From Octopus bimaculoides (lineage: Eukaryota): a DNA stretch of 64,000 nt. The notes beneath the pieces were generated by a model. That model did no database searches and had not been told where the DNA came from. It saw only the letters and a program-made list of their open reading frames with translations. Made by a program: the position numbers and the translations under genes. The stretch's first letter is position 1. Every line of letters starts with the position of its first letter. The DNA lies in contig NC_068994.1 in the NCBI RefSeq assembly GCF_001194135.2, positions 12,908,002-12,972,001 of the forward strand. The letters are read 5' to 3'. Of this stretch, positions 24,471 to 37,556 are shown one piece after another.

Positions 24471-25739
24471 ATTGTGAGATTGTTGGATAATATACCAGTT
24501 GTATTTGTCTTTACAGTGGAAGTGCATGGCTTAGTGGTTAAGGTGTTGGACTCATAATCGTAAGATTGTGGTTTCGGTTCCTGGACCGGACGATGCATTG
24601 TGTCCTTGCGCAAAACACTTCGTTTCACGTTGCTCCAATTTCTTAGTTGGTAAAGACGAGTCATCCTACGACGGACCGACATTCCGTCTAGGGAGGAATA
24701 TATACGCCGGAGACACAGGAAAACCAGCCATATGCTTCTTACAGAGTTATGTGGAATAACCATTTGTCTTTACGTTTTGAGTTCAAAACCCACCGAGGTC
24801 AAACTTGCTTTTCAACCTTCTGGAATCGATAATATAAAGTATAAGTTAAGTGCTGACGGCAGTAAATATTCTGAAATGCTTCTTGAATAGATATCATAGA
24901 ATTATAAGAGAAAATTATATTAGAAAAAAAAAAGAAATATGGAATGAAAGACAGAGTTGATCTCAGCGGGATTTGAGCTCGGATTGTAATAATCCAGAAC
25001 AAATACAGGAAGACATTTTCTTAGTCAACCTCAGTTGAGCACTGGGGCTGATGTAATCGATTTAACTTCTCTCTCTAAAATTGCTAGCCTTGTGTCAACA
25101 ATTTCACACACACACACACACATTTATTAAAGCTGAACATTTTTTCACAAACTGATAATCAGACGAACAGTCACGTGAAACTCTACCTTTGGTATTCGAG
25201 GACTATATTTTCCACCTTGTTTTGCATGTATGTGCTTTCTTGTGTGTGTGCGTGTGCGCGCGTGCATGCGTGTGTGCACGCGTCATGGACGCAAAATCAG
25301 AAGTGCCATTGACAGCTAAGAAGCACAAGGAGATGACCACCATCAGTGAAGATGGAGCAATCGCCATGCGCGCGCGTGTAAAAAAGGAAAGACAAGCTAC
25401 CGAACTTGAAATGGCGAGTTGAAAATATATTTCCTTGAAATTACAATCCAAAACGGGGGAAAAAAATAATATCGGCGTTAATAAATTTTTAACGTCGTGG
25501 TGCAGGGGAGAGAACTCGCCAAAATTTCGATCAGCAAAAATTGAGATCGGTCAGAATGGAAAGTCAGTTTGATCTTTGTTAACCATAGTGACAATGTTGG
25601 ACATGTTTCAGTATTACTAGGCGTATTCAGTAAAGCGTTAAGTAAATGAAAGTAAATAGCTTCGGAAATTTTCTTTGTAGAGAAAGTTCTTCTGCACAAA
25701 TGATATATAACTAAGTGCAGACGACCATATTTGAGTTGA

Positions 25740-26110
25740 TTTGTTTGTGTGTGTATCTGTGTGTACATGTGTGTGTGTGTGCATGCATGTGTGAGTGTGT
25801 GTGCATATGTGTGTGAGAGGGAGTGTGCATACATATGTATGTGTTTGTGTGTGTGTGGTGTGCATGCGTGTGTACATGTGTGAGTGTGCATGTGTGAGTG
25901 TACATGTGTATGAGTGTATGCATGTGTGTGTGTGAGAGAGAGAATGTGCATGCATGTGTGTGTGTGAGAGAGAGTATGTATGTATGCGTTTGTATATGTG
26001 TGCATGCATGTGTGTATGTGTGTTGGTGTGCATGTGTGTGAGAGTGAGTGTGCATTCATGTGTGCGTGGGTGTGCATGTGTGTTTGTTGTGAGTGTGCAT
26101 GTGTTTGTGT
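25740..26110. repeat. Cryptic (TG/CA)-rich low-complexity tract
   Basis: Degenerate TG/TGCA/TATG repeats; the source of the His/Thr-rich ORFs. Confidence 0.9.
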
Positions 26111-27206
26111 GTTGGTGTCTCCCTGTCTTGACATCGCATAATTGCTGTAAACCAGCGTCATCATCACGTGGTCGGGCAGCAAACTCCTTACATCCAACCA
26201 CCCTGTACCCTCACCACATCTGCACCCACACCAAATCTACATCACACCTACCTGTGTCCACATAACACCTGTGACAACATTAAAATTGCCAAACAAAAAA
26301 AACGAAAAGATCTATAATGGTTATTTTATTTTCCTTTTGAACCCAACGAATTGAAAAATTATATTTTTAATGTATCACACTTCATTTCTTTTCTCCTCTT
26401 CTCATATTTATTATGGTTATTATTTTGAAAAACATTATCATTGAATATTTGAAATATTAGATTTCTGAAATGTCAGCAATGATTTCAAGTGTAACTTGAC
26501 ATTATCCTTCAAAATCATATATATTTAATTGTACACATGCACAATATTCTTTTCTACTCTAGTTACAAGACTCAAAATTTTGGGGGAGGGGGCAAGTCGA
26601 TTAGGTCGACGCCAGTACACAACTGGTACTTAATTTATCGACCCTGGAAAGATGAAAGGCAAAGTCGACCTCGGCGGAATTTGAACTCAGAATGTAACGG
26701 CAGACGAAATACCGCTAAGCATTTCACCCGGCGTGCTAACGATTCTGCCAGCTCACCACCTTACATAAGCACAATATTGGCACAGGCATGGCTGTGTGGT
26801 AAGAGGTTTGCTATTGAACCATATGGTTTTGGGTTCAGTCCCACTGTGTGGCACCTTGGACTTTTATTATGGTAGAAGACACTAAGTGTTGTCTACTACA
26901 TCCCCAGGCCAACCAAAGTCTTGTGAATGAATTTGACAGATGGAAACTGAAAGATGCCCTTTGAGTGTGTGTGCTTTGTTGTGTTAAGTACTGGTTGTCA
27001 CAAAGTACTAAAATACATATATACATTCTTTGATAATAATAAGAAAATATTAAAAACAGTTTACAAGAGAGTATTCAACAAAAAGTATTAGGAGTTCAAT
27101 AAAAATCATGTTTGGTAGTATATATATTCAATAAAAACCATGTTTGTTTGGTTGTATATATATATACACAGAAAGAGATATATTTAAGAATTTACAAAAA
27201 ATTGGA

Positions 27207-27306
27207 NNNNNNNNNNNNNNNNNNNNNNNNNNNNNNNNNNNNNNNNNNNNNNNNNNNNNNNNNNNNNNNNNNNNNNNNNNNNNNNNNNNNNNNNNNNNNN
27301 NNNNNN
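27207..27306. other. Assembly gap of exactly 100 N (likely unknown-size scaffold join)
   Basis: The run length is exactly 100. Other gaps: 5075-5377, 7638-8156, 10394-10403, 11659-11729, 23161-23379, 42628-42637, 49098-49107, 50248-50468, 52463-52989, 54641-55017, 58890-59162, 61747-62644. Confidence 0.95.
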
Positions 27307-27455
27307 TAGCATGGAAAGCGGACGTTAAACGACGATGATGATGATGATACATATATGTATATATACACTTATATATTTATATACACATATATATACATAT
27401 ATGTACATATACATATATGTATATATACACTTATATATTTATACACACATATGTA

Positions 27456-27956
27456 TATTACTAGAGCTGTATTTAATTGATATCGTCTTCAGACCTAAAG
27501 TGTAATGGTGATGGAACAGTTTAGTAGAGAGGGCCATTAGAGCAAAGGCACAGGCCTGGAAGGACTGAAAATGTGGTGGTAGCAAGGATCTGTATCAAGT
27601 TGCTAGACAGGAGGCTAGGAGACAGGTATATTTCGCTAGGGGAGACACAGATAGAAGTTTGCAAATGTTCTGCAGCATGAAATCCAGTGGCTTGAGGTAT
27701 TTTTGATTGCAAGATGGTCTTGCAGTCGAAAATGCCTCAAGCCACTGGATTTCATGCTGCAGAACATTTGCAAACTTCTATCTGTGTCTCCCCTAGCTAA
27801 ATATACCTGTCTATCAACATGATACAGATCCTTGCTACCATCACATTTCCATTCCTCCAGGCCTGTGTCTTTCCTCTAATGGCCCTCTCTACTACACTGA
27901 TCCATCACCATTACACTTGTCTGAAGGCGATATGAATTAAAAGCAGCTCTAGTAAT
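27456..27956. repeat. Fold-back (about 250-bp arms, 3-nt loop) of an RTE-LINE-like fragment
   Basis: The centre reads TTGCAAGA-TGG-TCTTGCAG. The left arm translates as YQVARQEARRQVYFARGDTDRSLQMF, which is RTE-like. Confidence 0.85.
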
Positions 27957-28620
27957 GTAAATATTATCAGGTACACATGCGTAGTTTATGTATTTTATTC
28001 TAAATGCCCAATTGCTGTAAGACAGCATCCAAGAAAAGCTCCCAACACAACTTTGGGTGTTAAAGAACACTAAGTGTCCCAGATGAGGTGAGAAAAAACT
28101 CACCTCAAAGTGATTAAGAATGGCGAATACTGATATTTTGCTATCCTTGTGGCTTATCAATACCATGTACTTGGATCACCTCAAAATGAAATGAATTGCT
28201 GATCTGGGACTTAATTGCAAATACAACAAAGTCTATTTGCTGATGTGCTGTGGCCTAATACATGTGAAACAAAATTAAATTATGAATTGATGTAAACATT
28301 ATTGGTTGCACATAAAAAGTGTTTGCGTTTTGTTTAAACATTCATTTGCTACATATATATATATATACGTTTCAAGGTTTGCCTTACGCTGATATATATT
28401 TTTTCAACATAACATATCCAAGAAAATATTTTCTCAGAGACAAATGCCCCAGCATTTTGCCTTTCAATGGTGTATATACATTAATTCAGATATGCTGATG
28501 GCTATTTTACACAATTATATAACCACACACACACACACATATAAGCACATACATACTCATATGTGTGTGTGTGTGTATAGATACAGAGAGGGAGAGAGAG
28601 AGAGATACAGAGAGGGAGAG

Positions 28621-28653
<33 letters not shown>

Positions 28654-28763
28654 TAGAGCGTAAGCTCGAAACATTAAAGACTTGCTCAATTCCTGAACGT
28701 TATACTAATATATCTATGTTTTCAACACCACCTGTCTTCGTCTGTTGTTTTTTTGTGAATTCT

Positions 28764-28802
<39 letters not shown>

Positions 28803-29909
28803 TATATACAAACAAACAAACATGCACATATACATGCTTATACACACACACATAAGCACGTACATACTCATATATATATACAAACAAACATGCTCATATA
28901 CATGTTTATACACACACACACATATAGTAGAGCATATTAAATGAGTTAAAGCATTCTCAACATACCATAGCAGAATAGTATTCATCATCATCATCATCGT
29001 TTAACGTCCGCTTTCCTGCTGGCATGGGTTGGACGGTTTGACTGAGGGCAGGCGAGCTAGAAGGCCGCAACAGGCTCCAATCTGATCTGGCAAAATTTCT
29101 ACAGCTGGATGCCCTTCCTAATGCCAACCACAGTGAGAGTGTAGTGAGTACTTTTTACGTGCCACTGGCATAAGGACCAGTCAGGCAGTACTAGCATTGA
29201 CCATACTTGAATCGTGCTTTTTATATGCCACCGGCACAGGAGCCAGTTAGGTGGCACTGGCAATGACCACGCTCTTCAATTTCATTCAGTGGTCAAGAAT
29301 GTTTAATACATTTTCTATATACAGTATTCTTTCAACAATTTTTAAATAACTTTAATAGCATATCCAAAACAGATAACTGTATGTAGCTCTTTCTATAGCA
29401 TGTTCACTTCTTGATGTAAAGATAAAATACAAGACAACTCTCAATATAGAAGAGGTGACAAGAATAACAAAGAATATTGTTTTCATAAATGTTCTTCCCT
29501 TAGATTATACATTCAACAATACCTAAGTGGACTTTACACCAATCAAGAAACAATTGCTTCAGACAAAAAAGAATTTCAGAAGAAATTATGCATTTCATGG
29601 TTCTCTATAACTTTCTACTCATCTTATTGTTATCAAAACAACTGGAAATTCTACAGCTATTGCTAGTGTAAATATATTGCAATAAAACACTATCTGCTTT
29701 TTGCTCTCTCCTCAGTAAGCTTAGACAATTTTAAAACTCATTCTTTGATGAATCTTAGTCTACTCATTAATATGATTATTAACAACATTTAAAACTTTTG
29801 CTTATAAAAATATTTTATTGAGACTAAATTTTACATTACAAGGGTGGGGTGAAAAGATGCCAGAGCTGTGAAATCTTGCATGCATTAATTTAAATCTTCT
29901 TATCAATAA

Positions 29910-31343
29910 CTGCATTGTTTATTTCCAGGCAAACTGACATCTGACTATTCAAAGATGACTTCAGAAGTAACTAGTAGCAGTTTCTCTTGCAAGTGGACAA
30001 AATTTGGTCTTGTGATGTTATTAAGTACCCGAGAAAAAGGGTTTAGCCTTCCAACAACAGTCATGTAGACAAGGTTGCTACATTAGAGAATGACACTCCA
30101 GCTTTATTAACTGTACAAAAGTGGAAAGGGAGAGTCTTGAAGATGACCCAAGGTCTGGACATTCTACAACTACCATTACTGAGGTAATGATCGTGTTCAC
30201 CACATGGTGATGGATGACAGGTGATTGACTATAAATCAATTAGCTAATGCTAATAGCCTATCCTGTGAGAGAGTTGATAATATTCAGCACAATGAACTTG
30301 GCAAGATGAATATTTCTGCTCGGTGGGTGTCATGTCTTCTAACACCTGATCAAAAGTGCACCAGGTTCATCACATCACAGGAAAATCTGATATTGTTTTA
30401 GGCAGATCCAACTGGTTTCCTTGAATGTTTCCTAACCCAGAATGAATGTTGGGATCATCACTGAGTTAGAGAGAAAGAGACAATTCATGCAATGGAAACA
30501 TCTCTTCTCACCTGTTCCAAAGAAGGCCAAGGTAGTTTCATCTGCAGAGAAGGTGATGACCTCAGTTTTGGGGGATGCAAAATGGTATTGTGATTATTGA
30601 TTACTCCCTGACTGGCTCCTGTGCCAGTGGTACGTAAAAAGCACCATCGGAACGCAGCCGATGCCAGTACCTCCTGACTAGCTCCTGTGCCAGTGGCATG
30701 TAAAAAGCACTCACTACACTCTCAGAGTGGTTGGCATTAGGAAGGGCATCCAGCTGTAGAAATGTTGCCAAATCAGATTGTAGCCTGGTGCAGCTGCTGG
30801 CTCTCCAGACCTCAGTCAAACCGTCCAACCCATGCCAGCATGGAAAACAGACATAAAACGATGGATGATGATGATCAAAAGGACCACACCATCAATAGAG
30901 AGTATTATGCCAGCTGGCTGAGGCAGTTACAAAAGGTTATCAAAACCAAACACCCAGGAAAACAAATGAAAGAAGACTTATTTCATCAGTAAAATGCTCC
31001 AGCACTAAAGTTTTTATTTCAATGGCTACTGTGTGTGACTGTGGCTTTGAACTGGTTGATCACCCTCTCTATTCTCCTGATTTGGCCCCATCTGACTCAT
31101 CTATTTCCCAACATGTAAAATACTTGACTGGGAACCAGTATTGCAGTGATGATATCATACACGTTGTTGATGACTTTTTTGATCAACAGGAAGAAAGCTT
31201 TTTCATCAATGGGCTCCAAGCACTGTAACACTGATGGAAGAAGTGAGTGGACTGCAAGGGGGATTATGTTGAAAAATAAACCTCATTTGGTCACATTCCA
31301 TGAAAGTATCTTGTCAGCCTATGAACTTTTTAGCTGAACCTCA
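29910..31343 (+). mobile_element. Decayed mariner (DD34D-type) transposon interrupted by a SINE at about 30605-30875
   Basis: Remnants SLEDDPRSG, SARWVSCLLTPDQK, KGHTIN.EYYA..L.QL, HPLYSPDLAPSD, with many stops and frameshifts. Confidence 0.88.
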
Positions 31344-31581
31344 CACTGCAAGCCAAAATTCAAATTTCATCAGTTTTATAATTTTAGAAAAAAAGAACAG
31401 TTCATTTTTGAAACAAAAGAGAAATAGGTTTAATTTGTCCTAATTTGTTTTTACTCTTAGGCTAAACAAAATGAAGATTTGATAAGCTATTTTTATGTCT
31501 TTTTCTTTGGTATGATCACAGTTAAAATACACAAATTCTAAAAGCGTTTTTGACCAGTGTTTAAATTGAATAATAACTTAC

Positions 31582-32192
31582 CTTGTGGAACATTTTGAGC
31601 CACCAATTCTGCGTGTACCACTTCTGTCATGACATGCATCAATTAACTTTCGTAAGAGAAGTAGACACTCTCGAAATGTAGAGAAGAAAGGATGATGGCT
31701 GACAATGCATAGTGATGTTAGGGTATTATTCCTAACCCGGCTGGCTGTTTTTAGACGTCGTCTAGTCCTTGGTGATCTTTGTGGGTGATCAGTGTCTCCA
31801 TGATGGGGTGCTAATTTATTGGGATCTCCATAATGATCAAAACGATCACGAGACTTGTCACTTGAATGGGTTTTCCGTTCAAAAGGACGGAAAAAGTTTA
31901 CACATATTCCATATCGAACAATTCCAGAATCTTTTTCAGTTAATGTAAATACAAAAGGTGTAGTTTCTCGCAGACTAGTTCTTCTGGGCCCTTCACTGAT
32001 GCAACCTTCTGGTTGACAGAAGAAGATAACATCGTTTGGAAGTGGGAAATCTTTGTGGTCTTCAACTGGATAACGACGAAGCAGCTCAGGTGTTTGTGCT
32101 ACATTATTATTATGATTTGGGTTGCGAGTTCCCACAATCACAATGTAATCCAACAGTCGTGGTGAAAAGTATTTTTTCATGTATTCACACAT
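31582..32192 (-). CDS. MADD: MAP kinase-activating death domain protein / Rab3-Rab27 GEF (aex-3 family), first coding exon with the uDENN domain
   Basis: PRLLDYIVIVG...AQTPELLRRYP.EDH.DFPLP.DVIFFCQPEGC...FVFTLT.KDSG..RYGICVNF...RNNTLTSLC..SH.PFFSTFRECL matches the MADD N-terminus almost residue for residue. Acceptor CACTTAG|A precedes the ATG, and the donor AAG|GTAAGT is at 31581 (phase 2). Confidence 0.95.
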
Positions 32193-32609
32193 TCTAAGTG
32201 TGAACGGTGTATACTTTCAAATTATAGGTATGTGCTAGTGTTAGCACAATGGTTTTTATGTAATAGGTAGATAGTAAGCAAGCATCTTTTCCAGAAGAAC
32301 TTCAATTGTAGTTGTTTTCATTCATTTCAGTGGAATGACATAAACCAACTAAAATTAAACTGGTGGAATATAAATCCATAATTGTGACAACTAACCTGTC
32401 AAAATAAATGAAATGGAACAGATGTAATGGAAACAATATTATTTAAGATTCAATAACTAAAACATATTTTCATATGGAAAATTAGTAAAGTTAATATCTT
32501 GTTTGAAGATTGGTTATTTCATTTTAATTGTGATAAATTTAGTTTATTTGAACTTTTATGTAAATTTAAATAATAATGGTGAAACTCAGGTGTTAAGAAG
32601 AACAATAGT

Positions 32610-32714
32610 AAAATTATACCAAGTGAATTTGTAATTGACCAAGACTATTTTAAAATTATACCAAGTGAATTTGTAATTGACCAAGACTATTTTAAAATTA
32701 TGTGTGAATTTGTA
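32610..32714. repeat. 42-bp tandem repeat, about 2.4 copies
   Basis: The unit AAAATTATACCAAGTGAATTTGTAATTGACCAAGACTATTTT occurs twice exactly, plus a partial third copy. Confidence 0.9.
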
Positions 32715-34887
32715 GAAAATGGGATGAGTAGTAAGAGACAAATGATAACAGCTATGAAGGTCATGCTTAAATGATCGAGAGTAAGAGTTCAACTTTGGTT
32801 CTTATTGCAGTTCTTTAGATTGTTTCAGTTTTTACCTATGCACTAGCATGTACTGTTTTAGCTGTTCGTAAATGCTGACTTTTCTTAGTTAAATAATCAA
32901 TAATCTTATTCCCATGCCAAATCTTGTGAAAGAGGTACATGTGTCATCTTGCTTCATAGTGTGTGTGTGTGTGTGGTGTGTGTGAGTATATATAAATATT
33001 ATGACCATCATCATCATAAACTTTTCCTTGCTTGCATGAATTAGACAGAATTTGTTGAGGTAGATTTTCAAGAGTCTTTTTTTTTTGTCACCTGTCATGC
33101 CAACATATATATAGTGTATATATTTCACATGAGCAAGACATTAAATTGTATCTGGTGGTAAGGTTCCTGCTGGGGAGCTCAAGAATTTTGTGGAATATGT
33201 TGTTTCTCCTCAGATAATACTATTCATGAGACTGTTCTGGCCTAGGGTAGTAGTATGAAGATGGTACTGTGGCCAAGACATATAAAACTCAGAGAAGGGT
33301 TGCTCTCTAGACAAATATCACAGAGATCTATAGATATGTAGGTCATGGACTGATGTCATATGAACCAGTCCCATTGCTTGGAGGTTAAATAGGCCCTGTA
33401 CCCCAAGGACAAACTTAGGAGAAAAGACTAGCAAAGTAAGCAATAAAAAATGCTAAAGCCTCTAGGCATGGTTCATGAAGAGATGCTTGCTAACTTGGTA
33501 ACCTGCTTTTCAGGAAGAGATGCTAGCTAAGTTGGCAATCTGCTGCTCAATGAGAGACTTTTACCTATTTATTTCCTGTTTCTCTATAACTATAGTTTTC
33601 CTAACTATAATTATAAGCCCTGGTGCATGTTCTGTTGTTTTACACTTGGAATAATACTTTGCTGCATTGAAATATAGGTATATATATTTACCAAAAGGCA
33701 TAACAATATTGAAATAAAAGAAACTTAATAGATCCAAATAAATATTAGCTTTTAACTCATTTCTATATGCAACATTATATACAACAAAACAAATAGAAAA
33801 TTTTGACAATCAATGTCTATGTATACAATCATTTTCATGATTGGGATGCCTATGAGATCTTGGAAAAAAAGTAATTTTGACCAGTAAAAATTGTCATATC
33901 TGATGGATTCCCAACTCTACTAATAGAAACATGCAACTGACCATGTATGAATATGTCTATAGTATTGTAAAGAAAGTAACTAATTAAAATTAACAGAGAA
34001 AAATGAATATTTATTTGTGTGTTTTCTAAGAAATTTAAAGAACTGAGATTCATCATTTTCTTTCCATTTAATAAACTTCTTTTAGAAGAACATACATAAA
34101 GAGGTAGCAAGATATAGTATTTGATGAGAAATTGAGGTGAAAACAGCTCTAAAAGGCTGCTGCAGTGTTACTTGACTTTGCGTAATTACACATTTTCCAT
34201 TCATGACAAATTGTGCATTCATAAAAGGTATTTTAAAATGGCTATAAGAAAATAATTATTCAACTACTGTCTGAAATGGTGGAACAGAGGAAACTGAAGT
34301 GGACAGTGCTTGAAAGTCATTTAGGTTACTTAGGTATTGCATGAGAAATTGGGGTTAAAACAGTGAAAGATAGGTAGATAAATACATAGCGTTTCTTATT
34401 GTGAAGAAAGCAATTTAACAGAGAAGAAAACAAATATTTATTTGTTGGTTTTCTTATGAGAAATTTCAGGAACAAAGATTCATAATTTCTTTTCATTTTG
34501 TAATAAACTTACTTTGATGAAATTTTATTTTTAAAAGTAGATGACCATACTGAGAAATATATATGAATGTCTACATACATGCATACAGAGGGAGAAAGTA
34601 AGAGAGAGGGGTCGTGGTTGCAAAACAAAACTGGAAAGAATGTTACAGACAAACAAATTTCACAAGAATCATAATAATGATTGCAAAAATCACTTGCCAT
34701 TAGGCTTCACACAAGATAGATTCTGTTACACATTTTTTTTTCAGCAATAGGAAATATCCCATGCCTTATCACAGCTTTCATAAAGCCAAACCTGAATCAC
34801 TCTCTTGCCAATTGTCATTATGAAGACAGTTTCTTATCTGAGACTGCCCTGGCTAAATGCATGTATGGTTGTGTGTGTGTGTATATA

Positions 34888-34978
<91 letters not shown>

Positions 34979-35479
34979 TACACACACACACATCTATCAA
35001 TATATGTGTATATTTGTATTGCCATTATTCTCCTGTTATAATAGAAGAGTAGCCTCTCTTCTCTAGAGTTCAGATTATTAATGCCTTTAGCTGGATATCT
35101 TTGTGCTCTGACCAAATAGGTTATTCAATGATTGGTAGAAATAATGCGAAACCATAACGTAGAAAAATCTACCAATGTGTAAGAGCCAGCTGAACTGCTG
35201 CCAAATGATGATACTAACTCTCTTCCTTTCAGGTGAACAAGAAGCTATCCATGAATACGTTTTCCTGTCAGGTTGAAAACTGCAGAACTGTAACTATTCT
35301 GGAGAGATTCTAGAGATACTTGAATAGAAGTATGTAGTTGTATGTTGTGTACAAGAAGACAGAACTAAGACAGACTCCTTAAAAACAAGGAATACAAGTA
35401 CACATTAATCTGGTTGGTGAGCAGCAACAGAATAGCAGTGTTGGTACAGAAGAAAAGTAGATGAAGTAACTGAAGTAGT

Positions 35480-36700
35480 CAGAGTATGTGATAGAATAAT
35501 TAAGCTTATACTAGTCTTGGCCAATAAAATGACACTAATCTCTGCATATACACCACAATTAGGACTGCTTCTATGATGCTGTCTTGCAGACAGACTATCT
35601 CAATAATGAATGATAGTGATCTCATTATCATGGCTATAATAAAAAATGTCTATTCCCCATACATCTAGAACATTTAACAAAGGAAGGACTAGCCACTTAG
35701 TCATCGAAGCCAACAGTAGTTTGATTCCAAATGCATTAAAGATAGGAACCCAGTTGGATATTCAGAATAGTTGCACTGAGACTTAAAATGTCTGGTGAAG
35801 TTGGTCATGCCCTAGTTACTTGCACAGTCAATTAGGTAATTCAGGGGGATGATTGGCATAACTCAATGATTAGCATAACAGTTCCATCATCAAGTGCAGC
35901 AAATGCAAAGGAGATGCACCAGAGAAAGGCAACCTATTGGTACTCTGTCACCTATGATGTTGAGGGTTCCAGTTGATCTGATCAATGGAACTGCCTGCTT
36001 GTGAAATTAACATGCAAGTGGCCGAGCACTCCACAGACATGCATACCCTTAACATAGTTCTCAGGGAGATTCAGCATGACACAGAGTCTGACAGGCCCTT
36101 TGAAATACAGGTACCACTCATTTTTGCCAGCTGAGTGAACTGGAGCAACATGAAATAAAGTGTCTTGCTCAAGGACACAACATGCTGCTAGGAACCAAAC
36201 TTGCAGCCTTATGATTATGAGCTGAAAACCCTAACCCTGAGCTGTGTACCTTACTGAAAGGCAACTACAAAAGTATCAAATTGTTGGTCCAGATTATGAA
36301 AGTTGTACAATTAGTTATAGTACAATTATGAACAAAATTAGTCAAGCTGAGACATAATTTGACTTAGTGTTAGGCAGAGTAATTAATGATACTGCATTCT
36401 TAAAAAGATAAAATGAGGATCTTGAATGTGGAGCATTTGTGAAGACTAGAAAGAAATGAAGTGAGTATGTTCCAATGTATGTATAATAGGAACAACTGGG
36501 CACAAGCTAAGTGAGATTAAAGCTGGCTACAAAAGTAAGCAGCTGTAGTAAGGAAGAAGACTATGCTGGTACAGGCTTGTGATAGGGTTGAAGAATGTCA
36601 GTTATATAAAGAAGTGTTCAAAGTTGATGAAACATGTAGAAAAAGGAGACCTGACAAAATACAACAGAGAAGATGCTGAATTTCACAAATGAGATGACAA
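35480..36700 (+). mobile_element. Highly decayed RTE-like fragments with an inserted family-C SINE (about 35935-36260, - strand)
   Basis: ISAYTPQ-like endonuclease remnant near 35545 and a (R)LCWY...V.E.C.K.RP-like 3' RT remnant near 36560-36650; very degraded. Confidence 0.4.
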
Positions 36701-36899
36701 ATGATTGTTATGAGGGATGATATTATGGTGCTGGAGAAGATCAGCCCACCTAACCAAACAGTGCAAAAGCTTATTTAATTTGTGGTAGTGTTGGAGGCTC
36801 TCATCACTGTTATCCTCCCACTTATCATTCACTTTCTCTCTTATTCATGTTACTATGCTGCTTGTGTAACAAAAGATAACATTTTGCATATGTCTGTAT

Positions 36900-37556
36900 T
36901 CAATACAAAGAGCCAATGTGACATTCAGCATGCTTCAACAAGCTTACAACAATGAAGCAATGGGTCATACACAATGTTTCAAGCAGCATGGGTGCTTCAA
37001 AAGCAGAACATCCCTGGAAGATGATGAGCAATCTGGAAGACCTGCAATGAGCGTTACCCCAAGAAATGTGGTATTGTGCATTGAGAATTCAACCCCCAGA
37101 GCCAGACCATCAATTGGGAGTTCTGTATGACATTTTGAAGCATTTGAGGGAGGACATTTAGTCAAAGTGACTGGATCTGTGGAGCAGGAAGAATTGCATT
37201 CTTCACTGAGCTCCCTTCATTTGTGAGTTTCTTGCCAAAAACAACATAGTATCACTTTCACACCAGCCCTATTTGCCACATTTAGCACTTGTGGACTTCC
37301 ATCTCATCCCAAAGATGGAAATGCATCTGAAAGGTTGCTGTTTTAACACTACTGTCAAGATCCAGAGCAAATCACTGAAGGTCCTCAACTCACTTACGGA
37401 AAACAACTTTTAGGCTGGATTCCAAAATTGGCAGGAACGCTAGGACCAGTGTATTGCTGTGCCAAGTGAGTATTTTGAAGGAAATGTTAAAACTTAGGTA
37501 AATAAGTTATTTATTATTAAACATAACTAGTCCTGGAACATTTTGATACCACCTGA
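36900..37556 (+). mobile_element. Decayed, internally deleted mariner transposon
   Basis: TFSMLQQAYNNEAM...TSLEDDEQSGRP and HQPYLPHLALVDF (degenerate HPPYSPDLAP.DF); the terminus GTCCTGGAACATTTTGATACCACC looks TIR-like. Confidence 0.8.

Noticed and set aside
35233-35329. Strong acceptor (CTTCCTTTCAG) and GTATGT donor on +
   Set aside because: There are stops in all three frames. At most it is a non-coding or poison exon, with no other support.
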